Part shown: positions 1-9,654 of the stretch, one piece after another
Position numbering within the stretch: position 1 is the stretch's first letter
How the letters are laid out: each line of letters begins with the position of its first letter
NCBI GenBank assembly: GCA_048938895.1
Contig: JBHLLU010000024.1
Location: 1 to 34,174 of the forward strand
Length of the DNA: 34,174 nt
Direction: 5' to 3'
Source of the DNA: Promethearchaeota archaeon
Lineage (GTDB): Archaea; Asgardarchaeota; Lokiarchaeia; Sigyniarchaeales; SOKP01
Position numbers and translations under genes: made by a program
The notes under the pieces: generated by a model
What the model was told of the DNA's origin: nothing
The model's database searches: none
Seen by the model: only the letters and a program-made list of their open reading frames with translations

Positions 1-1961
1 GCTTTTGATAAAGCATTAGTCATTTTAAGTTCTTGTCGCTCCAGTTGAACTAATGATAATTCGGGAAGAAATTCATGCAAAGGTGGATCTAATAATCTAA
101 TTGTCACAGGTTTTCCTTCCATTATTTTAAAAATTTCAAGGAAATCCCCTTTTTGCATAGGTAATATTTTATTTAGAGCATCCTGACGATCCTCTTGGGT
201 CCTTGCAATTATCATATTCTGCACTACAGGTAACCTATCTTGAGCCATGAACATATGCTCTGTTCTACAAAGCCCAATTCCTTCAGCACCAAATTCTAAT
301 GCCTTTTTGGCATCATCTGGGGTATCTGCATTTGCTCTGACACCGAGTCTTTTTATTTCATCAGCTATTTGTAATAATTCAAGGAATTCTCCCTTTATCT
401 CAGGTTCAATTAATGGTACTTTCCCTTCGATAATTTTTCCTGTAGTTCCATCGATTGTAATATAATCACCTTCTCGAATAACCATGTCAGCAACCCTAAA
501 TTCTTTGTTTTCTTCATCAATTTCTATATCTGAAGCACCTACTACTGCAGGTTTCCCCATTCCTCTAGCGACGACAGCCGCATGAGATGTTTTTCCTCCA
601 AATTGAGTTAGTACGCCACTAGAAGCATATAAACCATGAACATCATCCGGTTTTGTCTGTGGACGACAAAGAATGATTTCTGTCTCTCCGTGGTTTGCTA
701 ATTGTTCGGCTGTATCTGGATCGAAAATCGCTTTTCCAGAAACTGCACCGGGTGAAGCATTAATACCATGAGCTAAAACATGTACTATAGAATTCTCATC
801 AATGCTTTTAAACAATAATTTTGAAACTTTTTTTGGATCAATACTCATGATTGCTTCTTCTTTAGATAACAAATTTTCTTTAACCATATCAACAGCAATC
901 TTTACAGCCGCGGAGGGGGTGCGTTTTCCATTTCGGGTTTGTAAAATATTTAATTTTCTATCCTCAATAGTAAATTCAATATCTTGCATATCTCGATAAT
1001 GCTTTTCTAATTTATCCATTGTTTCTATTAACTCATTATAGATTTTAGGGAATTCTTCTTTCATCACTTCCAATTTTTTTGGCGTTCGGATACCAGCGAC
1101 TACATCTTCTCCTTGAGCATTTGTAAGATATTCACCAAATTTTTTATTTTCTCCAGAAGATGGATCTCTGGTAAATGCAACTCCTGTAGCGGAATTATCT
1201 CCTTTATTACCAAAAACCATTGCTTGAATATTAACTGCGGTACCAAAATTCGGAATATTATTAATTTTTCTATACGTAATAGCTCGTCTATTATTCCAAG
1301 ATTTAAATACTGCTTCTATTGCAAGAAATAATTGTTGAAGTGGATCTTGCGGAAATGGTGAACCAATTTCCTTTTCATATAATGCTTTATAATCAGCTAT
1401 TATTTTTTGTAGATCACTAACTTTTAAATCGGTGTCTTGAGCATTTCTCCCGATGTTTCTTTTATATTTCGTTAAAATTCTCTCGAATTTGTCATCTCCA
1501 ATATCCATTACAACATCACCGAACATTTGGATAAATCTCCGGTAGGAATCATATGCAAAACGTGGATTTTTGGTTTGTTCTGCTAAGCCTAAAACACTTT
1601 GATCATTTAAACCGAGATTTAAAACAGTGTCCATCATCCCGGGCATAGAGATTGGTGCACCACTCCTTACACTTACTAATAATGGATATTTCATATCCCC
1701 AAATTTTTTTCCAGTTAATTCTTCTAGTTTACGTAGATTTTTCATCACGTCTGGTTTTAAACTTTTCATAACTTTTTCAGGTTCACGGAAATATAAAAGA
1801 CATGCTTCAGTAGTAATCGTAAAACCGGGGGGAATTGCTAGTCCCAGTTTTGTCATTTCGGCGAGATTTGCTCCTTTTCCTCCAAGTAAATTCTTTAAAT
1901 CTTTATTTCCTTCACTAAAATCGTAGATAAACTTGTTTTTTTCGCTAGTTGTCATTTTCAT
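1..1961 (-). CDS. ppdK: Pyruvate, phosphate dikinase (3' end runs off the window)
   Basis: Absent from the ORF track because there is no stop in the window. Manual translation gives MKMTTSEKNKFIYDF…LLGGKGANLAEM…PPGFTITTEAC, LVSVRSGAPISMPGMMDTVLNLG, the phospho-His motif GGKTSHAAVVARGMG (~560-600), EGIGLCRTEHMF and PVTIRLLDPPLHEFLP. An alternative ATG at 1955 lies 7 nt after GGTA. Confidence 0.97.
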   Translation of the reverse strand, partial: MKMTTSEKNKFIYDFSEGNKDLKNLLGGKGANLAEMTKLGLAIPPGFTITTEACLLYFREPEKVMKSLKPDVMKNLRKLEELTGKKFGDMKYPLLVSVRSGAPISMPGMMDTVLNLGLNDQSVLGLAEQTKNPRFAYDSYRRFIQMFGDVVMDIGDDKFERILTKYKRNIGRNAQDTDLKVSDLQKIIADYKALYEKEIGSPFPQDPLQQLFLAIEAVFKSWNNRRAITYRKINNIPNFGTAVNIQAMVFGNKGDNSATGVAFTRDPSSGENKKFGEYLTNAQGEDVVAGIRTPKKLEVMKEEFPKIYNELIETMDKLEKHYRDMQDIEFTIEDRKLNILQTRNGKRTPSAAVKIAVDMVKENLLSKEEAIMSIDPKKVSKLLFKSIDENSIVHVLAHGINASPGAVSGKAIFDPDTAEQLANHGETEIILCRPQTKPDDVHGLYASSGVLTQFGGKTSHAAVVARGMGKPAVVGASDIEIDEENKEFRVADMVIREGDYITIDGTTGKIIEGKVPLIEPEIKGEFLELLQIADEIKRLGVRANADTPDDAKKALEFGAEGIGLCRTEHMFMAQDRLPVVQNMIIARTQEDRQDALNKILPMQKGDFLEIFKIMEGKPVTIRLLDPPLHEFLPELSLVQLERQELKMTNALSK

Positions 1962-2123
1962 TTACCAAAAACTCAAAATTTTTCAAGATTTAATAATTTA
2001 AGAACAGAATCTTATGTTTTTATTCTTTATGATAATAAAAATATAACTAATTTTTACATAATAACATATCACAATAATGAGAAAAATCTTTCTAAGAATA
2101 TAAATTTGAATTAAAGCGTTTGG

Positions 2124-2933
2124 TTAGATTTTGTTGAATTCATCTAAGAGATCCCAAATTCCATTTATAATAAAATCTGGTGTATCTTCACTATTTCTTA
2201 TCATTTCCATCGTTGTTTCTCCTGATAATACACAACAAGTCGTTACTTCAGCATTAAAACCCATTCTAATATCTGTATAAAGACGATCACCAATCATCAC
2301 AGCATCTTTGGAGGATTTTCTTAACTTATTTAGTTTAAATAGGAGCATTTCTTTATTTGGTTTCCCAAACACTAATGGCATTCTTTCTGTTGCTTTATAT
2401 AATAAGGCAGCAATACCTCCAGCATCCGGAATATATCCTTGTTCAGTTGGGCATCTATTATCAAGATGAGTTGCGATATAAGGAAAGTCTTCTTTTAAAA
2501 GGAATTTAGTAGCTTTAGCTAACCGATCATAAGTTAATTCCTTGTCAAATGCAAGAACGATAATTTGAGGAACCTGCTCAGTTAGTTCAAATCCTTCTAT
2601 CTCAAATTCCTTTTTAAGAGACGTGGTGCCTAGTAAAAAGATTTTTCTATAATTATTTTGTTTCAAATATTCAATTGTTGGATGCTGGGATAGTATAATG
2701 TTTTCTTCTGTTATATTAAGCTTGAATTTATTTAATTTCTCGAGATAAGCTTTTGTGGAAAGACTGGAATTATTTGATAAGAAAAAAAAAGATTTTTGCT
2801 TTTCTCTAAATACTTCAATTAATTCTGGTACTCTCTTAAACAATTTGTTCTCTAAGTAAATAGTTCCATCTAAATCAAGGAAAAAGATTTGCTTTTTTGT
2901 TAGTTCAGAAATATTCCTTTTGGAAAAAGTCAT
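2124..2933 (-). CDS. HAD-IIA (NagD-like) phosphatase
   Basis: Motif I FLDLDGTIY, LSNNS, GKP and motif IV MIGDRLYTDI…VLSGET; 269 aa. Confidence 0.92.
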   Translation of the reverse strand: MTFSKRNISELTKKQIFFLDLDGTIYLENKLFKRVPELIEVFREKQKSFFFLSNNSSLSTKAYLEKLNKFKLNITEENIILSQHPTIEYLKQNNYRKIFLLGTTSLKKEFEIEGFELTEQVPQIIVLAFDKELTYDRLAKATKFLLKEDFPYIATHLDNRCPTEQGYIPDAGGIAALLYKATERMPLVFGKPNKEMLLFKLNKLRKSSKDAVMIGDRLYTDIRMGFNAEVTTCCVLSGETTMEMIRNSEDTPDFIINGIWDLLDEFNKI

Positions 2934-2966
2934 TACAAAATTTACAAATTAGTTCAGATACAATTT

Positions 2967-2988
2967 AAAATAAAAAAAAATAAATAAA
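2967..2988 (-). terminator. U-rich tract after the SCP2 stop; possible archaeal terminator
   Basis: The minus strand reads TTTATTTATTTTTTTTTATTTT starting ~13 nt after the stop codon. Weak evidence in an AT-rich genome. Confidence 0.3.
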
Positions 2989-3000
2989 GTTTGTTCTAAT

Positions 3001-3423
3001 TTAGTAGAATTCCGTATCAATCATTGTGGTGGAAACAACAAGCTCTTGCGCCGCTCTTGTGGCTCTTAAGACCTTAGCCATATCCCCCTGTAGTTTAAAC
3101 TTACCTGCTAATAAACCACGGATAGGATCTAATTCCTTTTTTAATACTTGTTCCCAGGCATCATAAGGACCGGAAAAAACATATTCAGTTTCTTTTTCTT
3201 CCCCTTCTTTTAGTATTTCAGCGCCAGTACATTCGCCATGATAAAGCCCAACCCACATCCTAATCTCATGATCTAAATTACCTGCAGGCTCAACAATAAA
3301 GAGAAAATCACCTTCCCACCCATTTGGTGGAAATCCATTAGGTCCAGCGGCATCTTTATAGTTTTCATTATCATTTAATGCTTTAACATAAGCAGCAGCC
3401 CATTCTGGAGTTCCGAATTTCAT
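3001..3423 (-). CDS. Stand-alone SCP2 (sterol carrier protein 2-like) lipid/acyl-binding protein
   Basis: F.TPEW…LN…Y, WEGDFLF, GLYHGEC and GPYDAW..VL…LDPI..LL.GK.KL.GDM, typical of prokaryotic SCP2 proteins. Confidence 0.85.
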   Translation of the reverse strand: MKFGTPEWAAAYVKALNDNENYKDAAGPNGFPPNGWEGDFLFIVEPAGNLDHEIRMWVGLYHGECTGAEILKEGEEKETEYVFSGPYDAWEQVLKKELDPIRGLLAGKFKLQGDMAKVLRATRAAQELVVSTTMIDTEFY

Positions 3424-3558
3424 TTTTCTTCACATCAAATAAATTTCTTTCTCTTAATTTTTCATTAGGTTATTATATTATATATTTTATTTAGTAAAGA
3501 GTTCTATAAATATTCTAGTTTTTATCAAAAAAAATCAAAAAAGGTTTTTATTAATATT

Positions 3559-5271
3559 TTAGTTAATTTCTCCTCTTTCTTTCATTTTTGCAATTTCTTC
3601 AGTTCTAAGTTTACGTTTAAAAAGTTTCATTGCTAAAGTAAGAGGGAGATCATCTCGAAATTCTACGCTTTTTGGTACTGCATATGGTTTAACCTTGTCT
3701 TTTAAGTAGTCTAATATATCCTGTTCTTTAATTTTTCCTTTGAACTCCCTATTTAAGGTAATAAATGCTTTAACTCTTTCACTACCGGGTCTTTCTGCAT
3801 CAGGAATTCCTATTACTCCTGCTATACTAACTGCGGGATGCTCATGCAGAATATCATCGATAACTCTTGAATAAACTTTATTCCCTGATACATTTATCAT
3901 ATCTTTGATACGATCTTCAATATAAAAATAGCCATCATCGTCCATTCTTCCTATATCTCCCATTGGTAGCCATCCATCATCAGTTAAACCATTTCCCGGA
4001 GTAGGCCAGTATCCCTTCATCACCTGTGGTCCACGGATCCAAATTTCACCAGATTCACCAAAGGGAACCTCCTCACCAGTTTCTGGATCAACAATTTTAG
4101 CTTCTGTATCAGGTAAAGGTACGCCAACACCATTTTTCTTTGAAGTCATAAATCCTGTAACTTTAGAAAGTGGTGAAATATTTACTGTCGATGCTGCACA
4201 AGTTTCAGTAGCACCATACCCTTCACCCATAGGTACTCCTGTTTTTTTTTCAAATTGATCTGCTAATTCAGGAGGCATGGGTGCTGCACCAGAAAGATAA
4301 AAAATAGGAGCTTTAGGGATGTCGAGTTGGAGAAATCTAATGTAATGAGCAGGAACACCCGTTACCATGAAAGGACGATTTTTTTTTATAACATCGACAA
4401 TTCTAACCATATCTCTTGGATCCATTAATAGCATTTTAAGTCCTAATGAAATACATGAATGTATTGTAAAATGACCATATGCATGAAAAATAGGAACACC
4501 AATAACAACAGCTGCTTTACCAACAATTCCAACTTTAAGAGGATCCAACATCCAATGCATTAATTGGATAACGTTTGTAGTGATATTATAATGTGTAAGC
4601 ATAGTACCTTTAGGAAGACCTGTTGTCCCTCCAGTAAAAGGTAAAAGAGCGATATCTTCCATAGCATTTACTTCAATTGTCTTATTGAGTGGCTCATATT
4701 TGTTTAATAACTCCTCTAATGAATAATATCCTTCTTCTGATACTTCCTTCATTTCAGGTAATTCATAGTCAGGAAAAAGCCTTGAAGGAGCGTATATAAC
4801 TGTATCAATCTCAACATCATTTTTTGCTTCATTAACCCGGTCAAGACGTCGATATGAACAAAATACTGTTTTTGCTCCACTTTCTTTTAACTCATGAACT
4901 AAATCATCGGTTTTATGTAAAATACTTAACGGAACGTGAATTGCTCCCATCTTCATTGCAGCATAGTCTACTAAAATGAATTCAAGACATGAGGGAAGAA
5001 CTGAGGCCACAGTATCACCTTTTTTCAGTCCCAATTTAATAAATGCATTAGCTAACTTATCAACTTTTAATTTCAAATCCTTATAGGTAATCTCATCATC
5101 AAGATAGACACAAGCAATATTATCAGGAAATTTATTAGCACTTTCTTCAAGAAAATCGTAAACATTTATCTTGGGATAAGGTTCCATAGACAGTTTTAGT
5201 TTAAATGGTCCAACTTTATAGGATTTTAACCAAGGTTTATCTGCATAGCTCAAAATTTTTTCTTCACTCAT
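3559..5271 (-). CDS. Long-chain fatty-acid--CoA ligase (AMP-binding, FadD-like)
   Basis: A3 motif FTGGTTGLPKG, GEGYGATE, GEIWIRGPQVMKGYW, GDIG and DRIKDMI. The ORF-track GTG at 5280 is part of the AAGGTGA Shine-Dalgarno, so the ATG at 5271 (6 nt after GGTG) is the likelier start. Confidence 0.92.
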   Translation of the reverse strand: MSEEKILSYADKPWLKSYKVGPFKLKLSMEPYPKINVYDFLEESANKFPDNIACVYLDDEITYKDLKLKVDKLANAFIKLGLKKGDTVASVLPSCLEFILVDYAAMKMGAIHVPLSILHKTDDLVHELKESGAKTVFCSYRRLDRVNEAKNDVEIDTVIYAPSRLFPDYELPEMKEVSEEGYYSLEELLNKYEPLNKTIEVNAMEDIALLPFTGGTTGLPKGTMLTHYNITTNVIQLMHWMLDPLKVGIVGKAAVVIGVPIFHAYGHFTIHSCISLGLKMLLMDPRDMVRIVDVIKKNRPFMVTGVPAHYIRFLQLDIPKAPIFYLSGAAPMPPELADQFEKKTGVPMGEGYGATETCAASTVNISPLSKVTGFMTSKKNGVGVPLPDTEAKIVDPETGEEVPFGESGEIWIRGPQVMKGYWPTPGNGLTDDGWLPMGDIGRMDDDGYFYIEDRIKDMINVSGNKVYSRVIDDILHEHPAVSIAGVIGIPDAERPGSERVKAFITLNREFKGKIKEQDILDYLKDKVKPYAVPKSVEFRDDLPLTLAMKLFKRKLRTEEIAKMKERGEIN

Positions 5272-5303
5272 AAGTTTCACCTTCTTTAAAAATTAGGAGT
5301 ATG

Positions 5304-7175
5304 TTAATAAATCTCATTAATTGCCCATTCTAGCCCAAGCTCTTTTAGCTTCTCCTTGGTTGGTTTTCCAGTTTCCTTATCCCAACCACGATAATCATAA
5401 TATGCATCTAATAAAGGATCAAGGTCTACAGTCTGCCCTTGTGCGGGTCCTTCCGGCATAGGCTCTTCCAGCATACGTGGTGGAAGAGTATCATCTGCTC
5501 TAGTTACCCCCTCTCTTACATTGTAAATTCTGGCCAGATTATATAATCTTTCACCCATTTTTAGAAAGTCTTCTTTAGAGAAGTCATAACCCAAGAGTTT
5601 TTGAATTAGTGACGCCCAATCTTCTGATGTCAAAACCATTCCCATAAATTTACAGCCACCAATCGCATCAAATAAGCCAAAAGCGTCTTCAAATTCTTTG
5701 ACAACTTTTGTATCTTCCGGATTTTCAGCTAGCACATCTCCAACCATAGCATCTTCTACAATCATAAAGGGCATAGATAAAAATGCGGGTCCTTCAATAT
5801 AACCAGTTATATGACATCCACCTCTATTTGCTGATGCATAAGCTAATCCTGTAATTTTTGCAGCTCGACTGTCATAAGCAGGTAATTCCAATCCTTTAAC
5901 GTGCATTGCAAATTTATGTGAATCCTTCCCTAATTTATCAGCCATTATTCTTGTGCCTTCAGCTAATAAATCTCCAATTCCCTCTCTTTTACCAATTTTT
6001 GCGATGAGATCAACTACTAAATCAGCATTTCCAAAATTAAATTCAAGACCATCAGTATCTTCTTTAGACAATATACCTTTTTCATAACACTCCATAGCAA
6101 ACCCAATGGTATTTCCAGCAGATATAACATCCAAACCATATTCATTACAAAGGAAATGTGCTAAAGTGATTGCTTCTAAATTATCTACTCCACACATGGT
6201 CCCAAGAGCTCCAAGAGATTCATATTCAGGACCCTCACCCGTACTTTTGTACTTTCCCTCCTTTATTTCTGCAACTCTTCCACAAGCTATAGGACAGGCA
6301 AAACAAGGTTTTCTTCCTGTAAGAATCGTCTCATTTATTGCTGTACCATTTATTTTATCAGCAGCGGGGAAAACACCAGTTTGCCAATTATTAGTAGGTA
6401 ATCCTCCTTTAATATTCACTAAATCCACCATTGTAGCTGTCCCAAATACCTCAAGAGTCATTTTTAACATACTTTGATTTACCCAGTCATACCTTTGTTT
6501 AGCTTCTTCTCTGTATTCATCAGGATTTGCTACTTCTATTTTAGCAGAACCTTTTGAAGCAATTGCTTTAACTTTTTTCGAACCCATAACTGTACCCATA
6601 CCACACCTCCCAGCAGCTCTTCCATAATTTTCTTTCTCACAATCGTTCATGACAGCTGCATATTTCACTAGATTTTCTCCGCCGATACCGATACAGGCTA
6701 CATTAAATTTTTCACCTAATTCTTCTTTAATAATTCTTGTTGTTTCTGAGGTATTTTTACCCCAAAGATGTGAAGCATCCTTAAGTTCAGCCTTTCCATC
6801 TTCAGTAACAAGATAAACTGGTTTAGGTGAAATTCCTTCAAAAATCACACCGTCAAAGCCAGATCTTTTTAAGTCTCTACCCCAAAAACCGGCGGAATTT
6901 GCTTCTCCCCAGATTCCCGTTAGTGGTGACTTTGCTACAATGCTATATCTCCCAGTACTGGGAGATGGAGTCCCTGTCAAAGGTCCAGTCATAAATATAA
7001 GTTTATTTTCTGGTCCTAGAGGATCAATACCTTTAGGTGTTTCATCTATTAAATATTTAGTAGCTAATCCCGATCCTCCCAGATACATTTTCAACGTCGC
7101 TTCATCAGGAAATTCTTCGGTAATTTTACCATTTGTTAAATCAACACGTAAGATTTTTCCCATATATCCGAAAAT
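5304..7175 (-). CDS. aor: Tungsten-dependent aldehyde:ferredoxin oxidoreductase (AOR family)
   Basis: GKILRVDL, AKSPLTG, GRAAGRCGMG.VMGSK, CFACPIACG (4Fe-4S), GPEYE, ANRGGCH, GGCKF, YY..RGWD. The first ATG is at 7163, but the conserved (M)FGYMGK N-terminus continues to an ATT at 7175, 8 nt after GAGGTG. Confidence 0.95.
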   Translation of the reverse strand: MFGYMGKILRVDLTNGKITEEFPDEATLKMYLGGSGLATKYLIDETPKGIDPLGPENKLIFMTGPLTGTPSPSTGRYSIVAKSPLTGIWGEANSAGFWGRDLKRSGFDGVIFEGISPKPVYLVTEDGKAELKDASHLWGKNTSETTRIIKEELGEKFNVACIGIGGENLVKYAAVMNDCEKENYGRAAGRCGMGTVMGSKKVKAIASKGSAKIEVANPDEYREEAKQRYDWVNQSMLKMTLEVFGTATMVDLVNIKGGLPTNNWQTGVFPAADKINGTAINETILTGRKPCFACPIACGRVAEIKEGKYKSTGEGPEYESLGALGTMCGVDNLEAITLAHFLCNEYGLDVISAGNTIGFAMECYEKGILSKEDTDGLEFNFGNADLVVDLIAKIGKREGIGDLLAEGTRIMADKLGKDSHKFAMHVKGLELPAYDSRAAKITGLAYASANRGGCHITGYIEGPAFLSMPFMIVEDAMVGDVLAENPEDTKVVKEFEDAFGLFDAIGGCKFMGMVLTSEDWASLIQKLLGYDFSKEDFLKMGERLYNLARIYNVREGVTRADDTLPPRMLEEPMPEGPAQGQTVDLDPLLDAYYDYRGWDKETGKPTKEKLKELGLEWAINEIY

Positions 7176-7183
7176 TTTCTTTA

Positions 7184-7189
7184 CACCTC
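7184..7189 (-). promoter_or_regulatory. Shine-Dalgarno GAGGTG of aor
   Basis: Matches the archaeal SD consensus (GGAGGTGA). It lies 8 nt before the ATT and 20 nt before the first ATG. Confidence 0.7.
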
Positions 7190-7384
7190 AAATATTATGT
7201 TTTACTATTTTTCTCTTAAATTTCGTTTTATTTTATAGTATAATAAATTTTATTCCCTTAATTATAAAACAATTTCTATTTTCTTATTTAAGAAACTTTT
7301 ACCATTTCTTTAAAATTAGAATATGATATTTGATACAGAGTTAAAGATAAAAATACAAACCAAAAAATATTAGAATTTTAGTTC

Positions 7385-8527
7385 TTAAATACCAATACCG
7401 ATTGTGTTCCCTATTCCTGCAATAATTACTTTTGAGCCCTTTTCTGTCCTTTTTCTTATAGCCATTTTTATTTTCTCAACAAAATTTGGTACACTCTGAG
7501 TAATAGGTCTTTTCATTGTAGTTATCGCATCTTCTAATGATTGCTTGCAAATGAGTGCATCAATAGGAATTGATTTACCTGTAGAAGATTCCTCAATAAA
7601 ATATTTTTCAATCCCTATACCTCCTATAGCGGCTCCAACACCAACAGATATGGATCCTGTTTTATCTCCAGTTAACTTTAATCCCGCATCAATCATTATT
7701 ATTCGGGAAATTTCTGAACCATGCTCATCAATAAGCATTTTAATTGCTTTTCCTGGTTTTCCTACTGTTCCTCCTGGTCCTTTAGCTCTAACCACATAAA
7801 TTATGCGATCTTCAAAATTTACTTCTTGAACAATTGTATCTCGAACGATTTCTTTCGCTTCTACCTCATCGTCAGCAACATCTCTGATAAAACTAGCAGT
7901 CACTAATGGTCCAAGCGCATCTCCAATAGGACTTCCTTCTGAAAAAGCTTTTGCTGCGTGGTAATATGCCTTAGCCATACTCAAGATAAGTCCTAATTGC
8001 ATTGATATTTGTAATAGTAAAATCATTGATTTTGATTTCTTACCAAGTATTAGATAATGTCTTATCAACCTATATATAAAATCAATTGACATTGTGACTT
8101 CTAACAGATTTTCTAAATTAAATCTTTGAACATCGGTAGCTTGAGGTGCTAACATCTCGACTTCTTCTTTGAAACGGTAATCCCTTACATCAACCACATG
8201 ATCAAATTTAGGTACAATACCATAGGGATCTAATGATACTGGTGGAATTGTAACAAAAGTAATAAAATCTTCTAGTTGAAGCATCAAATCTTTTTGAGTT
8301 TTCTTTTTATCAGCAAATTCTTTAAAATTACTTATTAAAATTTCTTTACATTCATCATTCCACTTTTTTAATTTTTCTAAACCTGCTTGTATGTCTTTAG
8401 AAGCCTTCCAGCCTTGAATTTTCTGTCCGTAGAAGATACTAATAAATATAAGAACAAACCATAAAAGCTGAATTATTAAACTTACTGGATCTGTGCCTTG
8501 AGAACCGAATTGAAAAAGATTCAACAT
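7385..8527 (-). CDS. DUF1512-family archaeal membrane-anchored protein
   Basis: N-terminal TM helix; I.PVSLDP.G, PIGDALGPLV, AKGPGGTVGKPG, IDAGLKL.G, GVGAAIGG.G.EK..IE and IAGIGNTIGIG match my recollection of DUF1512. Confidence 0.8.
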   Translation of the reverse strand: MLNLFQFGSQGTDPVSLIIQLLWFVLIFISIFYGQKIQGWKASKDIQAGLEKLKKWNDECKEILISNFKEFADKKKTQKDLMLQLEDFITFVTIPPVSLDPYGIVPKFDHVVDVRDYRFKEEVEMLAPQATDVQRFNLENLLEVTMSIDFIYRLIRHYLILGKKSKSMILLLQISMQLGLILSMAKAYYHAAKAFSEGSPIGDALGPLVTASFIRDVADDEVEAKEIVRDTIVQEVNFEDRIIYVVRAKGPGGTVGKPGKAIKMLIDEHGSEISRIIMIDAGLKLTGDKTGSISVGVGAAIGGIGIEKYFIEESSTGKSIPIDALICKQSLEDAITTMKRPITQSVPNFVEKIKMAIRKRTEKGSKVIIAGIGNTIGIGI

Positions 8528-8647
8528 TTTTAATAAATACCTTAATCAAAAATTGAATAGTACTATGTATTAAGGATTTATAATAACAAAATTTATTTAT
8601 TCTTTTCGATTATAAAGCATAGAAAACGTGAAATTGCGTCATTTTCC

Positions 8648-9064
8648 ATGATAGAAGAAGAAGACGATGAAGAAATATTAAAAAAAAAGGTAACTCTTAA
8701 AAGTGTCATTAAAAATTTAGTTTCAATATTACTGATTGTTTTAGGAGCAGTCTTCATTTATACTGGCATACTCCCAGATGCTGTTTCTGGATGGTCGATG
8801 GGATTTATGCTTATTTGTTTTGGGGCAACATTAATACAAATGCAGAAAAATCCAACAGAGCCAATTCGACAAACTTTAACTATACTTGTTTGTAATTTAT
8901 GTGGATTAACGAAAGTCAGAAATTATGAGAAAGGAGATTTTGTTTTTAAACGAACGGGTAATTGTGATAAATGTAATGATATGATGGAAGTTAAACATAT
9001 TTATTCAGTAAGGTTGAAAAAACCTACTGAGTCGAATATTGCTGCTAAAAAAAAAAAGCAATAA
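8648..9064 (+). CDS. Two-TM membrane protein with C-terminal CxxC…CxxC Zn-ribbon
   Basis: Two hydrophobic segments, then CNLC…RNYEKGDFVFK..GNCDKC..MMEV..IY. Confidence 0.75.
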   Translation: MIEEEDDEEILKKKVTLKSVIKNLVSILLIVLGAVFIYTGILPDAVSGWSMGFMLICFGATLIQMQKNPTEPIRQTLTILVCNLCGLTKVRNYEKGDFVFKRTGNCDKCNDMMEVKHIYSVRLKKPTESNIAAKKKKQ

Positions 9065-9103
9065 AAACAAAATAATAATATCTTTCTGGAAAGGTGTTTT
9101 TCA

Positions 9104-9544
9104 ATTTTAAATAAGGTTGGATTAGGGGGGACATTTGATCATCTTCATGAAGGACATAAATTATTATTAACAACAGCGTTGTCAGTTTCAAACAATATCG
9201 TTATTGGTTTAACGACACAATCTATGCTAAAAAAAAAGAAAGTAGCTTCTAAACTTGAGGATTATAAAACACGTGAAACCAATATCAAATCATTTATCAG
9301 TACATTTACTGAGCTTCAACGTGTTGAGATTGTAGAATTGAATGATCCTTATGGCCCTCCAATTTCAGAAGCAGATTATGAAGGAATAGTAGTAAGCCAA
9401 GAAACTTATGAATCTGCACTGAAAATTAATGAGATTAGAGAAATTAAGGGATTTATTCCCCTAATAATTATCGTAATTCCTCTTATTAAGGATAAAAATA
9501 ATGAAAAGATTAGTTCTACAAAAATTAGGGAGAAATTAAAATAA
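9104..9544 (+). CDS. coaD: Archaeal-type phosphopantetheine adenylyltransferase (HxGH nucleotidyltransferase)
   Basis: In frame upstream of the ORF-track TTG (9179) lies KVGLGGTFDHLHEGHK. Downstream motifs are LNDPYGP, IVVSQET, INEIR and ISSTKIR. No in-frame ATG/GTG/TTG precedes the motif; the proposed start is ATT 9104, 7 nt after AAGGTG. Confidence 0.9.
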   Translation: MLNKVGLGGTFDHLHEGHKLLLTTALSVSNNIVIGLTTQSMLKKKKVASKLEDYKTRETNIKSFISTFTELQRVEIVELNDPYGPPISEADYEGIVVSQETYESALKINEIREIKGFIPLIIIVIPLIKDKNNEKISSTKIREKLK

Positions 9545-9570
9545 AGAAAAAAAAAGAAATAAAATTAAAT

Positions 9571-9654
9571 TTATATTTTTGATTTGTTTTTAATCAGTAT
9601 TGATGATACTATTCCTATAATGCTTAAAATTGTAAGCAAGTGGTATCCAGGGAT
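9571..9654 (-). other. Loki-CTERM/PGF-CTERM-like C-terminal sorting signal
   Basis: IPGYHLLTILSIIGIVSSILIKNKSKI*: motif, hydrophobic helix and basic tail. Confidence 0.75.

Noticed and set aside
247-1926. Four short + strand ORFs (247, 802, 1113, 1627)
   Set aside because: Antisense shadows of ppdK, which fills the minus strand with clear motifs.
6106-7906. + strand ORFs at 6106, 6940, 7545 and 7721
   Set aside because: Antisense to aor and DUF1512; no recognisable motifs.
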